A stretch of 64,000 nt of DNA from Eledone cirrhosa (GCA_964016885.1 CAXHJY010000645.1:62001-126000), one strand, 5' to 3'; shown: positions 26,042 to 40,785, counted from the stretch's first letter. The notes: generated by a model not told the origin, from the letters alone. A program made the numbers and translations.

Positions 26042-26305
26042 GCAGGCAAGAAAACGATACTGCGAGGTTCCATTACTAACACATACACATATATACACAT
26101 ACATACATATATATATACACATACACACATTCTCTATAATGTTCAGGCATATATACACACGCAAATATATTCTCTTTTCTGTCTTCCTTCCACCCCGCGT
26201 CTCTTTCTACACCCACCACTTCTTTCTCCCTCTCTCTGTCTCTTTTAGATTGTCTCTCTCTTTCTCACACACACTCTCTCTCTCTTTCACTCTCTCTCTC
26301 TTTCA

Positions 26306-26337
<32 letters not shown>

Positions 26338-26344
26338 TTCAGAT

Positions 26345-26378
<34 letters not shown>

Positions 26379-26382
26379 AGAT

Positions 26383-26420
<38 letters not shown>

Positions 26421-26424
26421 AGAT

Positions 26425-26472
<48 letters not shown>

Positions 26473-27145
26473 AAACTGTCTCTCTCTCTTTCAAAATGTC
26501 TCTCTCTTTCTTACACACTTTCTCCCACCCTTTCTCTCTCTCATTCTTTCACACTCTTTTGTTCTCTTTCTCACGCTCTCTCTCTCTTTCACTCCCTCTC
26601 TCTCAAACTCTCTTTTTCACTCCCCCTCTTTCTCATACTGTCTCTCTCTCTTTCTCACACTCTCCCTCTCTCTTTCTCACACTTTCCCTCTCTCTTTCTC
26701 ACACTCTCCTTCTCTTTCACTGCCCCTCTCTTTCATACTGTCTCAGATTCACTCCCCTTCTCTTTCCCTCTCCTTAGCTCTCTCTTTCCATCTCTCACCT
26801 TCGGTCTTTCCCTCTCTCTATTTCACTTTCTCTCCTCTACTCTCTCTTTCACTTTCTCTCCTTCACTTTCTCTCCTTCACTTTCTCTCCACTTTCTCTCC
26901 TTCACTCTCTCTTTCCCTCATTCCTTCTTTCTCCTCTTTTCCCTCCCTCTCTTTCACTCCCCCTCTTTTACACTGTATCTCTCTTTCTCCCACACTCTCT
27001 CTCCTCTCTCTCCTTCACGCTCTCTTTCTCCTCCTCTTTTTTTCTCCCTCTCGCTTTCTTTCTCTTTTCTCTCTGTCTGACTGCCTGCATGTCTTTCTCG
27101 TTTCCCTGATCTTCCATCACCAAGCAAGTTTCTATTCATTGTGAC

Positions 27146-27290
27146 CACGTGACATTGTCACGTGCCTCACCAAACGGAAGTCGTTCAATGCACAGCATGC
27201 TGTTTTCACCTCACGGCATTCTGACAGAACTTTATGCCTCCTCCAACACACCACCCACTCCACCTACAATCATGCTGAATCCGCCATCTT
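27146..27290. promoter_or_regulatory. Candidate cis-regulatory island: double E-box palindrome, ETS and YY1 motifs
   Basis: cacgtgacattgtcacgtg (27146-27164), cggaagt (~27175) and ccgccatctt (27281-27290) lie in one unique island. Confidence 0.35.
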
Positions 27291-27522
27291 GGAAACTTTT
27301 GAACTTTGAACTATTACTTCATCAGGCAGCCAGACACAGCAATGGCTGACACTTCGAAGTCACTGACATTTGCTTTTATCCTTTTTCTGTTTCTTCAGAA
27401 TATATATTTACACTCGGCTCACATGTATTGAGTGCTAACTCAGTTAATATCTGGAAATGTTATGTACGATAGTAATATAGTATTGAAGCCACCCACTTAT
27501 ATATATATAAATGTCTTCTACA

Positions 27523-27564
27523 GGACTAGAACTGTTTCATTCGGGAGAAATCATCAAGAAGCCC
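27523..27564 (-). ncRNA. Degenerate hammerhead motif in a repeat shared with 47429-47575
   Basis: Minus strand: gggct-tc-TTGATGA-tttc tccc gaat-GAAA-cagt-TC-tagtcc. It shares cttacttactgtggttacc.ccgatt..acccgggata with the 47.5 kb copy. Confidence 0.4.
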
Positions 27565-27792
27565 TTACTTACTGTGGTTACCCCCGATTGGACCCGGGAT
27601 AAACTTATATATATATATATATGAGAGAGGGAGAGAGAGTGGGGAAGATATATATATATAAAGAGAGAGAGAGACATACATACAAAGTGAGAGAAAGATA
27701 TCCATACAGACAGACATGCATACAGAGAGAGAGAGAGTGAGAGAGAGAAGACAGACATATAGAGAGAGACCGAGAGAGAGAGATATCCATAC

Positions 27793-27844
<52 letters not shown>

Positions 27845-28382
27845 GAAGATATATATATATAAAGAGAGAGAGAGACATACATACAAAGAGAGAGAAAGAT
27901 ATAAAGACATACATGCATACAGAGAGAGAGAAGACAGACATATATAGAGAGATATATCCATACATACAGAGAGAGAGAGAGAGAGAGAGAGGGGAAGTGA
28001 GAGAGAGAGGGAGGGAGCGTGACAGAGAGTAATTGGGTGAGCGTAATAAAAGAAAAATGAAAATGAAAGAATCCCGTTAGAATAAAAACAGAGAGAGAAT
28101 CCATTTTGAATGTTTTTTTTCCCGCCGGCGGTATTGAGAAAATAAAATGGTGGACCTGCTTTGTATTGTAAGCGAAGCAATAGAGCCAGCCAGACTATCA
28201 GCAACTCATCTATTACATAGGCAAACAAAGGCATGATAAACACACACACGATCGTTATAGTCATCATCATCATCATCGTCTTAACCATCAACATAGCCAT
28301 CATCATCATAATCATCGTCTTCATCATAATTTTTGATATCATTATTTTTGGTATTATGTTGTCGTTGTTGTTGTCATTATTG

Positions 28383-28425
<43 letters not shown>

Positions 28426-28439
28426 TACTACTACTACTA

Positions 28440-29360
28440 CTAAAATAAAGAAAACATTATTATTATTAGTAGTAGTAGCAACAGTAGTAGTAGCAGCAGC
28501 AGTAGTAGTAGTAGAGCAGCAGTAACAGTAGTAGTAGAAGCAGCAGCAGTAGTAGTAGTAGTAGTAGTAGCAGTAGTAGTTATAGTAGTAGTAGTAGTTG
28601 TAGTAGTGGCAGTAGTAGTAGTGGTAGCAGTAGTAGTGGTAGCAGTAGTAGTAGTAGTAGTAGTGGTAGTTATAGTAGTAGCAGCAGTAGTAGTAGTAGC
28701 AGTAGTAGTAGCAGGAGCAGTAGTAGCAATAGAAGTAGTAACAGTAGTAGTAGCAGCAGCAGTAGTAGTAGTAGCAGCAGCAGTAGTTATAGTAGTAGCA
28801 GCAGCAGTAGTAGCAGCAGTAGTTATAGTAGTAGCAGTGGTAGTAGTAGTAGTAGCAGGAGCAGTAGCAGCAGTAGTAGAAGTAGTAACAGTAGTAGTAG
28901 CAGCAGCAGCAGTAGAAGTAGTATTGTCCTCATAAGATTTATTAATATTATTTCATTATTAATCATTATTATAATAAACAAATGATGTTACAATTGTTTT
29001 TCTTCTCATTGTTGTTGTTCTTCTTCTCTTCCTTCTTTTGTCTTCGTCTTCTTCGCCATAATTTTCTTTTTCTTGCTCCTTCGTCTTCTTTTTCTTCTTT
29101 TTCTTTTCCTTTTTCTTTTCCTTTTTCTTTTTCTTTTTCTCTTTTCCTTCGTCTTCGTTTTCTTTTTTCTTTTTCTTCTTTTACTTCTTTTTCTTCTTTT
29201 ACTTCTTTTTCTTTTTCTTCTTTTTCTTCTTTTTCTTTTCCTTTTTCTTTTACTTTTTCTTTTTCTTTTTTCGTCTTATTTTCTTCTCCTTTTTTTGTCT
29301 TCTCCTTTTGTCTTCTCCTTCTGTCTTCTCCTTCTGTCTTCTTCTCCTGTCTTCTTCTTC
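28440..29360. repeat. (AGT/AGC)n tract followed by a T/C-rich (TTTTTC) tract
   Basis: Read directly. Confidence 0.92.
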
Positions 29361-29369
29361 TGCAACGTT

Positions 29370-30395
29370 ACAGCACCAGTAATACACTGGGGTCGATGTA
29401 ATCGACTTTCCCCTCCCCCAAAATTGCTGGCCTTGTGCCTATACTAGAAATCATCATTAATATTAGCCCGCCGAGGTCAACTTTGCCTTTCATCCTTACA
29501 GGGTCGATAGAATAAAGAACCAGTAATACACTGGGTTAATTGCTGGCCTTGTGCCAAAAGTAGAAACAATTATTATTATTAATAGTAGTACTAGTAGTAG
29601 TAGTAGCAGTGGTGGTGGTGGTGGTAGTACTAGTACTAGTACTAGTAATAGTAGTAGCAATAGTAGTGGTGATGGTGGTGGTAGTAATAGTACTAGTAGT
29701 AATAGTAGTAGTAGCAGCAGTAGTAGTAGTAGTAATAATACGTGTTTTCTTTTTCTATCTTCTTCGCCGTTGTCTTCTTGTAATATTGTTAATGTACTGC
29801 CGTTCCTGTTGTTGTCGATTTTAATGGTGGTGTTGTTATTGTTGTCGTATGTAAATACACAAAGAAAGAAAGAAGGGAAGGAAGGAAGGAAGCGATTATT
29901 CATGATTCATTATCACAGTCGTTAAAGAATCGGCAGAGCGTCGGTCGGAACGTCGTGTGGCGTGTGTTCCGGTTCTTTATGTTCTCTCTTCAAATCACGT
30001 CAAACTCAATTTTGCTTCTAATTCTTCCATTAAAAATTTACCAGTAATGCACTGGGGTCGATTTAATAAACTTTTCCCTCTCCTTTCAAATTGCTGGCCT
30101 TGAGCCAAAATTGACAGTAATCGGTAGCTTAGTGGCATAGAGTAACGGCTCTTTACGTGTTGAGTTCAAATCCCGCCGAGGTTAGCTTTGCCTTTCATCC
30201 TTACGGGGTCAATCAAATAAAGTACCAGTAATGCACTGGGGTAATTGCTGGCCTTTGCCAAAATTGATAGTATCGGTAGAGCCTCGGACAACATGCTTAG
30301 TGGCATAGTGTTACGGCCCTTTACGTTCTGAGTTCAAATACTGCCGAGGTTAACTTTGCCTTTCATCCTGACAGGGTCGATAAAATAAAGTCCCA
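29370..30395 (+). mobile_element. Cluster of about five same-orientation tRNA-SINE copies or fragments
   Basis: The core gcctttcatcc..acaggg/ggggtcgat and the tail accagtaat.cactgggg...gctggcctt recur at ~29375, 29467, 29920, 30125 and 30270. Confidence 0.85.
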
Positions 30396-30397
30396 AT

Positions 30398-31349
30398 GAC
30401 TTGGTAGACACCCACAAAATTATTAACCATCTGACCAACAACAACTCTGAGCACCTTTTTCATTTCCATGTGTCTAACACACGTGGACATGCCTACAAAG
30501 TTAGAAAACAGCACAGCTACCATGATTTTCGGAAACATTTTTTCATGGTCAGAGTTGCTGAAGCATGGAACAAACTACATGCATCGGTTGTTAGCTGTCG
30601 AGACACTGCATCCTTTAAAACTTCCATGGAACAAACTACCTACATCAGTTGTTAGCTGTCGAGACACTGCATCCTTTAAAACCTCCATGGAACAAACTAC
30701 CTACATCAGTTGTTAGCTGTCGAGACACTGCATCCTTTAAAACCTCCATGGAACAAACTACCTGCATCAGTTGTTAGCTGTCGAGACACTGCATCCTTTA
30801 AAACCTCCATGGAACAAACTACCTGCATCAGTTGTTAGCTGTCGAGACACTGCATCCTTTAAAACCTCCATGGAACAAACTACCTACATCAGTTGTTAGC
30901 TGTCGAGACACTGCATCCTTTAAAACCTCCATGGAACAAACTACCTACACCAGTTGTTAGCTACCGAGACACTGCATCCTTTAAAACCTCCATGGAACAA
31001 ACTACCTGCATCAGTTGTTAGCTGTCGAGACACTGCATCCTTTAAAACCTCCATGGAACAAACTACCTGCATCAGTTGTTAGCTGTCGAGACACTGCATC
31101 CTTTAAAACCTCCATGCTTCCTGAAATTCACCAACATTACACCTAATATTCCACCTCGATACACACGCACACGTGTATCTTTGTGTATACCATGACTCAT
31201 ACACTGTTTACTTTCCAGACATTTGTACATTATTCTATGTACTATACATGCACCGTTGATGAGTTGTAGTGTACCTGAGCACTGTACACAATCATTTTCA
31301 TTATATCATGACTCATACACTGTTCAGTTTCCTTATTATTATTATTATT
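30398..31349 (+). mobile_element. CR1-clade LINE 3' end with 3'UTR and (ATT)n tail
   Basis: DLVDTHKII...NTRGHAYKVRKQ...RKHFFMVRVAEAWNKL.ASVVS....SFKT contains the CR1 C-terminal TRGH..K and R..FF..RV...WN.LP motifs. Confidence 0.9.
30564..31116. repeat. 61-bp minisatellite, 9 copies, derived from CR1 coding sequence
   Basis: The unit catggaacaaactacctgcatcagttgttagctgtcgagacactgcatcctttaaaacctc starts at 30564, 30625, 30686 ... Confidence 0.97.
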
Positions 31350-31689
31350 CATTATCATAGAGTATTATATAGAGTGTATATAATATGCGTATAGTACCTA
31401 CTAGTGTTATGTTCTGAGGATCTATATATTTATAAATGTTAGGTACTTTATATAATATATATACAGTAACTAGTAGTTATATTTTCTGATGATGTATATT
31501 TTTTATACAGCAACACATCCAACACCACCACCTCCAAAAACACCACCACCACACCACCTCCAAAACACCACATGCACCACAACCTCCAATACTAACTACA
31601 GTAAAAACACCACCTCCATCACCACCAATACCACCACCTCCAACACCACTACCACTTCCAACAATACCACCTCTAACAACACCACCAAC

Positions 31690-32530
31690 ACCTACCAACC
31701 AACCAACCAACCAACCAACCAACCAACCTACCAACCTACCTACCTACCAAACTACCTACATACCTACCAACCAACCAACCAACCAACCAACCAATCTACC
31801 TACCAACCTACCAGTGAACTATCCTACCAACCAACCAACCAACCAACCAATCTACCTACCAACCAACCAACCAGCCTACCTACCAAACTACCAACGAACC
31901 AACCTACAAACCAACCTACCTACCAACCAATCTACCTACCTACCAACCAACAAACCAACCGACCTACCAATCAACCTACCAACCTACCGACCAACCTACC
32001 AACCAACCAACCTACCAAGCTACCAACCAACCAACCTACCTACCTACCAACCTACCGACCAACCAACCAACCGACCAACCAACCTACCGACCAACCAACC
32101 AACCTACCTACCTACCTACCAACCTACCAACCTACCGACCAACCTCCCTACCAACCAACCTACCAGCGAACTAACCTACCAACCTACCAACCAACCAGCC
32201 TACCGACCAACCAACCTACCAACCAACCTACCGACCAACCTACCTACCAACCAACCTACTAGCGAACCAACCAACCTACCTACCTACCAACCACCAACCA
32301 ACCAACCAACCTACCTCCCAACCAACCTACCTACAGACCTACCGACCTACCAACCAACCAATCTACCTACCAACCTACCAGTGAACTAACCTACCTACAT
32401 ACCAGCCAACCAACATCCCAGCCAACCAACCTACCTACCAACCTCCCAACATCCCAGCCAACCAACCTACCTACCAACCTCCCAACCTCCCAGCCAACCA
32501 ACCAACCTACCTACCAACCTCCCAACCAAA
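31690..32530. repeat. (CCAA/CCTA)n tetranucleotide array
   Basis: Read directly. Confidence 0.95.
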
Positions 32531-33319
32531 CCGTTGTACTCTGTTCTATACAACAACACTCACCCAACACCACCTCCTCCACCATTCGTACATTAACTTC
32601 CGTTGTATTCATATTTTAATTAACATATTTCCAGAAAATCTTTCCTGTCACACGCGGCACAACGCCACCACCTCCTCGCCCTCACTACCACCACCTCCAG
32701 ACCTCCTCGCCGCCGCCACCACCACCACCATCATTTAGACCTCCTCGCCGCCGCCACCACCACCACCACCATCATCAAACCTCCTCGCCGCCGCCACCAC
32801 CATCACCAACACCATCACCACCATCACCACCCTCATCGCCATTACCATCATAATCATCACCACCATCACCACCACCACCACCATCATCACCACCATCATC
32901 ACCATCATCGCCCACCATCACCACCACCATCACCATCAGCACCACCAGCACCACCATCACCATCAACATCATCACCATCACCATCATCATTTACATCATC
33001 ATTGTCGTCATAATCATCATCATCACCGCCATCATTATCATCACCATCATGATCATTATCATTATAACCATCACCACCACCATCACCATCACCACCATCA
33101 CCATCATCACCACCATCATCATCATCATCATTATAACTATCATCATCATCATCAACGTAAGCTTTGTATATTTCTCGCCATCTTTTTCACCTCCATTCAC
33201 ACCATCCAGACGATTTTTCTCACTTCTTCTGGGCCGCAAAATACGCATACACACAGATACACACTCACATACACACACACACATCCACATACACACAGGC
33301 ATACACATGCACACACACA

Positions 33320-33370
<51 letters not shown>

Positions 33371-33483
33371 GTTTGTATATGCATAAATGAATATATTTAT
33401 GTATACATATGTATATATATATATATGTTTTTATATGCATAAACGAATATATATGTATACATATGTATATATATATATGTATG

Positions 33484-33516
<33 letters not shown>

Positions 33517-33675
33517 ATGTATAAATATGTATATCAATATGAATTTGTATATATAAATACATATATATATGTGTATATATGATTGTATATATATGTATAT
33601 ATTCATATATGCATATATGATGGTATGTATATATACATGTATATATATGTATGTATGATTGTATATATATGTATG

Positions 33676-33711
<36 letters not shown>

Positions 33712-33922
33712 ATTGTATATATATATATATATATATATATGTATGATTGTATATATATATATATATATATATATGTATGATTGTATATATATATATATAT
33801 ATATATGTATGATTGTATATATATATATATATATATATGTATGATTACATATATATATAAATATGTATACATATATATATATATATGTATGATTACATAT
33901 ATATATATAAATATATATACAT

Positions 33923-33969
<47 letters not shown>

Positions 33970-34175
33970 TGTATATAACCAGTACTCCCGCCTTCACATC
34001 TCCCCCAACTATGACACCCCATTCACATCCGACCTCCGGTCAATGCCGTGAAAACCTCCATCACGTCCGCCATCTTACCACACCCACGCCATTATTTTCC
34101 TTGTTACACTCATTCAATCTACATAGTTCGTTATTTGTCGCAGTTTTCCTTATAGCAGACAATGTGCCTTTATAT

Positions 34176-34212
<37 letters not shown>

Positions 34213-34344
34213 CATACATACATATATAGCTACAAATGTATTCATATATATCTATATATTAATAATTATGAGTATATATATGTGTATGAGTGTGTATATA
34301 TATATATGTGTGTGTCTATACATAAATATATATATATATACATG

Positions 34345-34383
<39 letters not shown>

Positions 34384-34588
34384 GTGTGTGTGTATATATA
34401 TGTAAAAACATGTGTATATATATATATATATATGAACAAATGTTTATATGTATATATACGCACACATATATATATATGTATATATACGCACACATATATA
34501 TGTATGTATATATACGCACACATGTATATGCATACGCATATGTATCCATATATACATATGTATACTTATAAATGTATACTTACATATG

Positions 34589-34620
<32 letters not shown>

Positions 34621-34649
34621 CATACATATACATATATATATATATATAA

Positions 34650-34704
<55 letters not shown>

Positions 34705-34843
34705 CACTTGTATATATATTATATACCGTCGTATATCTATTCTCATATACACATGTATGTAAGACCGCATTCATTTATGCAAAATTATACGAATGTCATT
34801 CAAGATGTCTCTATATACGGAAACATGTTGTTTGTATATATGA

Positions 34844-34895
<52 letters not shown>

Positions 34896-35073
34896 GAATA
34901 TATATATATATATATTTATGAATATGTATATGTATATATATATATATATATGAATATGTATATATATATATATATATATGAATATGTATATATATATATA
35001 TATATATATGAATATGTATATATATATATATATATATATGAATATGAATATGTATATATATATATATATATGA

Positions 35074-35120
<47 letters not shown>

Positions 35121-35175
35121 TATGTATATATATATATATATTTATGTATATATATATGTTGATGTCTATATATGA

Positions 35176-35207
<32 letters not shown>

Positions 35208-35575
35208 GAATATGTATATATATATATATATTTATGTATATATATATATGTTGATGTCTATATATGAATATGTATATATATATATATGTTGATGTCGATA
35301 TATATATATATGTATATGTATTTGTATATATATCTGTATATATATTTATACATATATACATTCACAATCCTATTTTCACACTACTCCTCCCCTCGCACAC
35401 ACACATACACACATATATATATATATATATACCTACACATACATACATACACACATACATCACATTCACACACTGTAACGTCAATTCAAACGTACATTCA
35501 CACATATACGCAATGTGATAATGAAAGTAACACTCTCCTCCCACAATCACACACACACATACACACACATACACA

Positions 35576-35649
<74 letters not shown>

Positions 35650-36144
35650 CAGACACATACATATACACACATACATCACATTCACACATTGTAACATCAA
35701 TTCAAACGCACATTCATACATGTCCGCAATGTGATAATGAAAGTAACACACTCCTCCCACACCCAAACACACACATACACACACACAGACACATATACAC
35801 ATATACACACATACATACACACACATACACACACACACAGACACACATGTAGACACCTACATACACACACACACACATACACACACATACACACACATAC
35901 ACTCACAGACACACATATACACACATACATACACACACAGACACACATACACACATATACACACATACATACACACACACATATACACACATACATACAC
36001 ACACATACACACAAATACCCACCCACAACGCTCTGTATACTCTGCATCATAAGAATCCGAGTCTCCAGTTACTTTAAATGCCCATAAGACATACCTGGTT
36101 CATTCAGACCCTTACAAACATACCCCACCAAATACATATATATG

Positions 36145-36176
<32 letters not shown>

Positions 36177-36423
36177 TGTATGTATATATATGTATATATA
36201 TATATTTATATATGTTTGAATATGTATTTATATATATGTTTATATATGTATATATATGTTTGTATATGTATATATATGTATGTATATATATGTATATATA
36301 TATGAATTTATATGTGTATGAATTTATATTATGTATATATATACATACATCTATATAAAAATACACATATATATATATATATATAAATATACATATATAT
36401 ATATATGTATATTTATATAGATG

Positions 36424-36478
<55 letters not shown>

Positions 36479-36495
36479 GTATATTTATATAGATG

Positions 36496-36536
<41 letters not shown>

Positions 36537-36744
36537 ATAAAAAATTGAACAGGGACAGAACAGAGAGGCAGTGTGTGTTTCAGAGTATACAAGGGAGCTG
36601 GTGACGCAATGACCCTGTGTATCTCACCAAAAATAATAATTATATATAGACTGTTGTTACAGTTTAACCTTACATTCCTACCAAACCCATAATGTAACTC
36701 ACCTGTGTTTGTGTGTGTGTCTGATTTTGTCTGTCTACCTATCT

Positions 36745-36783
<39 letters not shown>

Positions 36784-36926
36784 CTCTGTATATATATATA
36801 TATGTGTATGTGTGTGGTGTGTGTGTGTGTGTGTGTGTGCGTGTGTAGATATCCCGGTTTATATATATATAATATATGCTTATGTGTATCTGTCTCTCTC
36901 CAAAAGATGGTTAAAAGAGTTCAATC

Positions 36927-36997
36927 TATTCTATTATGCGCATTTCAAAAACAAATATCATCATGCGATGACATTCGCGTTTTCGTCAGATAAAATA
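36927..36997 (-). ncRNA. Type I hammerhead ribozyme motif (long stem II, GCGC loop III)
   Basis: Minus strand: tattttat-CTGACGA-[aaacgcgaatgtcatc gcat gatgatatttgttttt]-GAAA-tgcgca-TA-atagaata. Differences from the 9.2 kb copy fall at N7 or in the loop, or keep pairing (mostly through G-U). Confidence 0.82.
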
Positions 36998-37053
36998 GGG
37001 AGACATGATATGAAGGTTAAAAAAACACTTGTGAGTAGTGCAGTTTTAAATCA

Positions 37054-37094
<41 letters not shown>

Positions 37095-37465
37095 TAAAAG
37101 ATTAAAGTTTAAGCAAATAATCGCTGCTTTACACACATATATATATATATATATAATTTATATATATATATATATTTTATATATACATAATATATAAATA
37201 TTGAATCCCCCTCTCTCTTCCTATCTGTGACTCTCTCACCCTCTACTCTGCCTATCTCTGACTCTCCCTATCTCTGACTCTCTCCCTCTCCCTCCCTATC
37301 TCTCTCTCTCCCGCGCTCTGACTCTCTCCCTCTCTCTCTCTTTCTATATATATATATGTATATATATATATCTCACTATATTTATCTCTATCTTTCTCTC
37401 TCTTCCTCTCTCTGACTCACTCCTCTCTCTATACATATGTATATACATATATCTCACTATATTTA

Positions 37466-37497
<32 letters not shown>

Positions 37498-37563
37498 ACC
37501 TCTCTTCGTTATCTATATGGCACTCTATTTGTCTATGTCCTTCATTCACTCTATATATCTCTA

Positions 37564-37611
<48 letters not shown>

Positions 37612-37612
37612 C

Positions 37613-37704
<92 letters not shown>

Positions 37705-37705
<1 letters not shown>

Positions 37706-37875
37706 AACAGGTAGTACCCCCGACGGCTGAGCTCAAGCCGTCTCGACGACTAATTCTGTCCAGAAATAGCCGTCGAAACAGCTTGAGCTCAGCCGTCGGG
37801 GGTCCTACTTGTTCCTATTACCCACTCTACTACCCTAAGTTGGTCCATCTGGTTTCTACCACATTTCCTTCGTTA
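37705..37875 (+). mobile_element. Short (TA)n-embedded element with a fold-back 5' end (family also at 8838-8947, 42300-42461 and 63590-63862)
   Basis: It shares cctattacccactctactaccctaagt and accacatttccttcgtta; 37705-37814 is a 110-bp imperfect palindrome. Confidence 0.8.
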
Positions 37876-38086
37876 TATATATATATATATATATATATGT
37901 CTGTCGTTTTGCCATGACACTCTTCAAGTTTTACATTTGACACACTATATAAATAATATATACCCACACATTCAAATATAAACACATATATACACACTTA
38001 TATATTTTGTATATACGTTAACCGTGTCTTCGTAATTGGTGTTGCACCCAAGCTATCAATAATCTATATATGTATATATATATATG

Positions 38087-38137
<51 letters not shown>

Positions 38138-38163
38138 ATATGTATCCATTTAGAGCTTGGTGA

Positions 38164-38201
<38 letters not shown>

Positions 38202-38425
38202 TGTAAATATCGTTTATATGTAAATGTAATATATCAGTATGCATGTCTATATGCATATACGTATATAAGTATATATATGTATATATATCCATGCATATAT
38301 ATGTATATATGTATATATATGTATTTATATGCATGCATATATATATATGTATACAAATAAGCATTTATGCCATTCATTGACTTATGAATGCATGCATAGT
38401 CAGTCGTCTTCAAATAATATGTATA

Positions 38426-38463
<38 letters not shown>

Positions 38464-38595
38464 TTTACACACCCACACATATATACATATACTTTTATAT
38501 ATATAAACTACATATATGTGTATACATACTTATATGTATATAGGAATATTTAAATAAATGCTTAAGTATATATATATATATATATATTTATGTGG

Positions 38596-38638
<43 letters not shown>

Positions 38639-38664
38639 ATATATATATTTATTTATGTGGGTGG

Positions 38665-38704
<40 letters not shown>

Positions 38705-39401
38705 TCATACATACATTCATGCGTATACAGAGCCTTAATAATTGGAGCATATTGTTGACAACTTGTCTGTATTGTGGTGTATGTATAATTCATTGCGATG
38801 AACTGTTCAATGGCGTATCATGGCTGGCTTTTGTCATGAAAAAGGACGCCATCTTGAATAAGCAGGAGGTTAAGCAGCTCGCAGCTATGGTTTTTCCCTT
38901 CATAACAATGACTGCTGACTATATAACGTTTTGGCCTCCATTTTTCAAGAGAAGGGAGCCCTGTATGTCTGTGTGCTTGTGTCTGTCTGTGTGTGTGTAT
39001 GTTTGTGCGTGTGTGTGTGTGCTTGTGAGTGTGTGTTTTTGTCTCTATATACGTGTATATATTTTTGTGTACAAGTATGTGTTATGTATGATTGCATGTT
39101 TCTATATTTATAACATTGTATGTGTATGTGATTATATTTATATATATTTGTGTGTGTGTATGTATATATATATATATATGTATGTGTGTATGAAGCTATT
39201 TGTGTATGAGGTTATTTATGTGAGTAATCTTTGTCGTCTACAATGAATGAAAAGGATGTGTGTGTGTGTATATATATGTATATATATAACAATAAATGTG
39301 AAGACTAAAATAGTTTTAATAGAATGAGTAAGACATTTACACAGGCACACATATACACATTTTATATTACATAATATAAAACACATCGCAAACCGCGTGT
39401 A

Positions 39402-39464
<63 letters not shown>

Positions 39465-39829
39465 GTATGTATATGAGTTATGTAGTATCAACGCCAATTT
39501 ATATATGTCGAGACTTTTCTAGTATCTTCCATTACATGGAGAAGTCTGTTTTTCTCTTCTACATTTGCCATAATTCTTTGCCAAATTTAGTATTTCTTTT
39601 AATTCTCTGAAGGGTGTTACATAATTAATGTCGCGATTTTTAAACAGACTCTTCCTTTTGTAGGTTTTATACAATGGAATCGCCTCAGCTTCGTATATTA
39701 TCGCTGGGGTTGCATTATCAATCTAGCTGGAATGGCTCAGGGTTTTTTTCCATGCGACATCCACCTAATTTGGGGCTTCGTTGTTTTATCACAACTGCTG
39801 AATTATTCTCAAACACGACATTAATAGCT

Positions 39830-40670
39830 TTCCCGATTTGATGGGTATCCCACGACAAGAAGAATTTTTAGTATTTTCTTTTGGCCTATGAAACCAGCCG
39901 TCGTCTTGAAATCTATGAACACAATTTCTGCCCCCTTCTTGTGATTCTGTACCTCCTTAACAAACATTTCTTTTGGCCTATGAAACCATCCGTCTTCTTG
40001 AAATCTATGTACACAATTTCTGCCCCTTCTTGTGATTCAGTACCTCCTTAACAAACATTTCTTTTGGCCTATGAAACCATCCGTCTTCTTGAAATCTATG
40101 AACACAATTTCTGCCCCCTTTTTGTGATTCTGTACCTCCTTAACAAACATTTCTTTTGGCCTATGAAACGATCCGTCTTCTTGACATCTATGAACACAAT
40201 TTCTGCCCCTTCTTGTGAGTCAGTACCTCCTTAACAAACATTTCTTTTGGCCTATGAAACCAGCCGTCTTCTTGAAATCTATGAACACAATTTCTGCTCC
40301 CTTCTTGTGATACTGTACCTCCTTAACAAACATTCTTAGAGCCGAAATATGTGAGGCAGTAGAGCAAAATGGCCGTAATCTATGTTGGCTGGAATAAAGA
40401 GTCTTGGTCACATCCTATTCAGGTTCATCCTATTGTATGTCTTTGCTGAAATTTGTGTGGAACGGATGCCCCTATAGTTGGTGAAGATGGTGAGGTCTAA
40501 TTTCTTGGGTATTGGTAAAATCCCTGTTATTGCCCATTCCCCAGCCATGTCCCCTTCAAAGGGTTTCCTGGATCTCTATAAATATAGTTTAACACCTGTT
40601 CAATTGTTCAATGGCCGCCTTAACTTTATGGTTCGCTGTCGTTTACGCCATTCATATCCTGTATATAACA
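39830..40670 (-). mobile_element. RTE-clade LINE reverse-transcriptase fragment (degraded) with a ~92-bp tandem expansion
   Basis: Minus strand: WAITGILPIPKKLDLTIFTNYRGI...SAKTYNRM and LRPFCSTASHISALRMFVKEV...IVFIDFKK, matching RT domains 1-3. Confidence 0.85.
39875..40335. repeat. ~92-bp minisatellite, ~5 copies, derived from the RT IVFIDFKK segment
   Basis: tttcttttggcctatgaaacca.ccgtcttcttgaaatctatgaacacaatttctgcccc...cctccttaacaaaca is repeated in tandem. Confidence 0.95.
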
Positions 40671-40676
40671 CTTTCT

Positions 40677-40716
<40 letters not shown>

Positions 40717-40719
40717 CTC

Positions 40720-40785
<66 letters not shown>

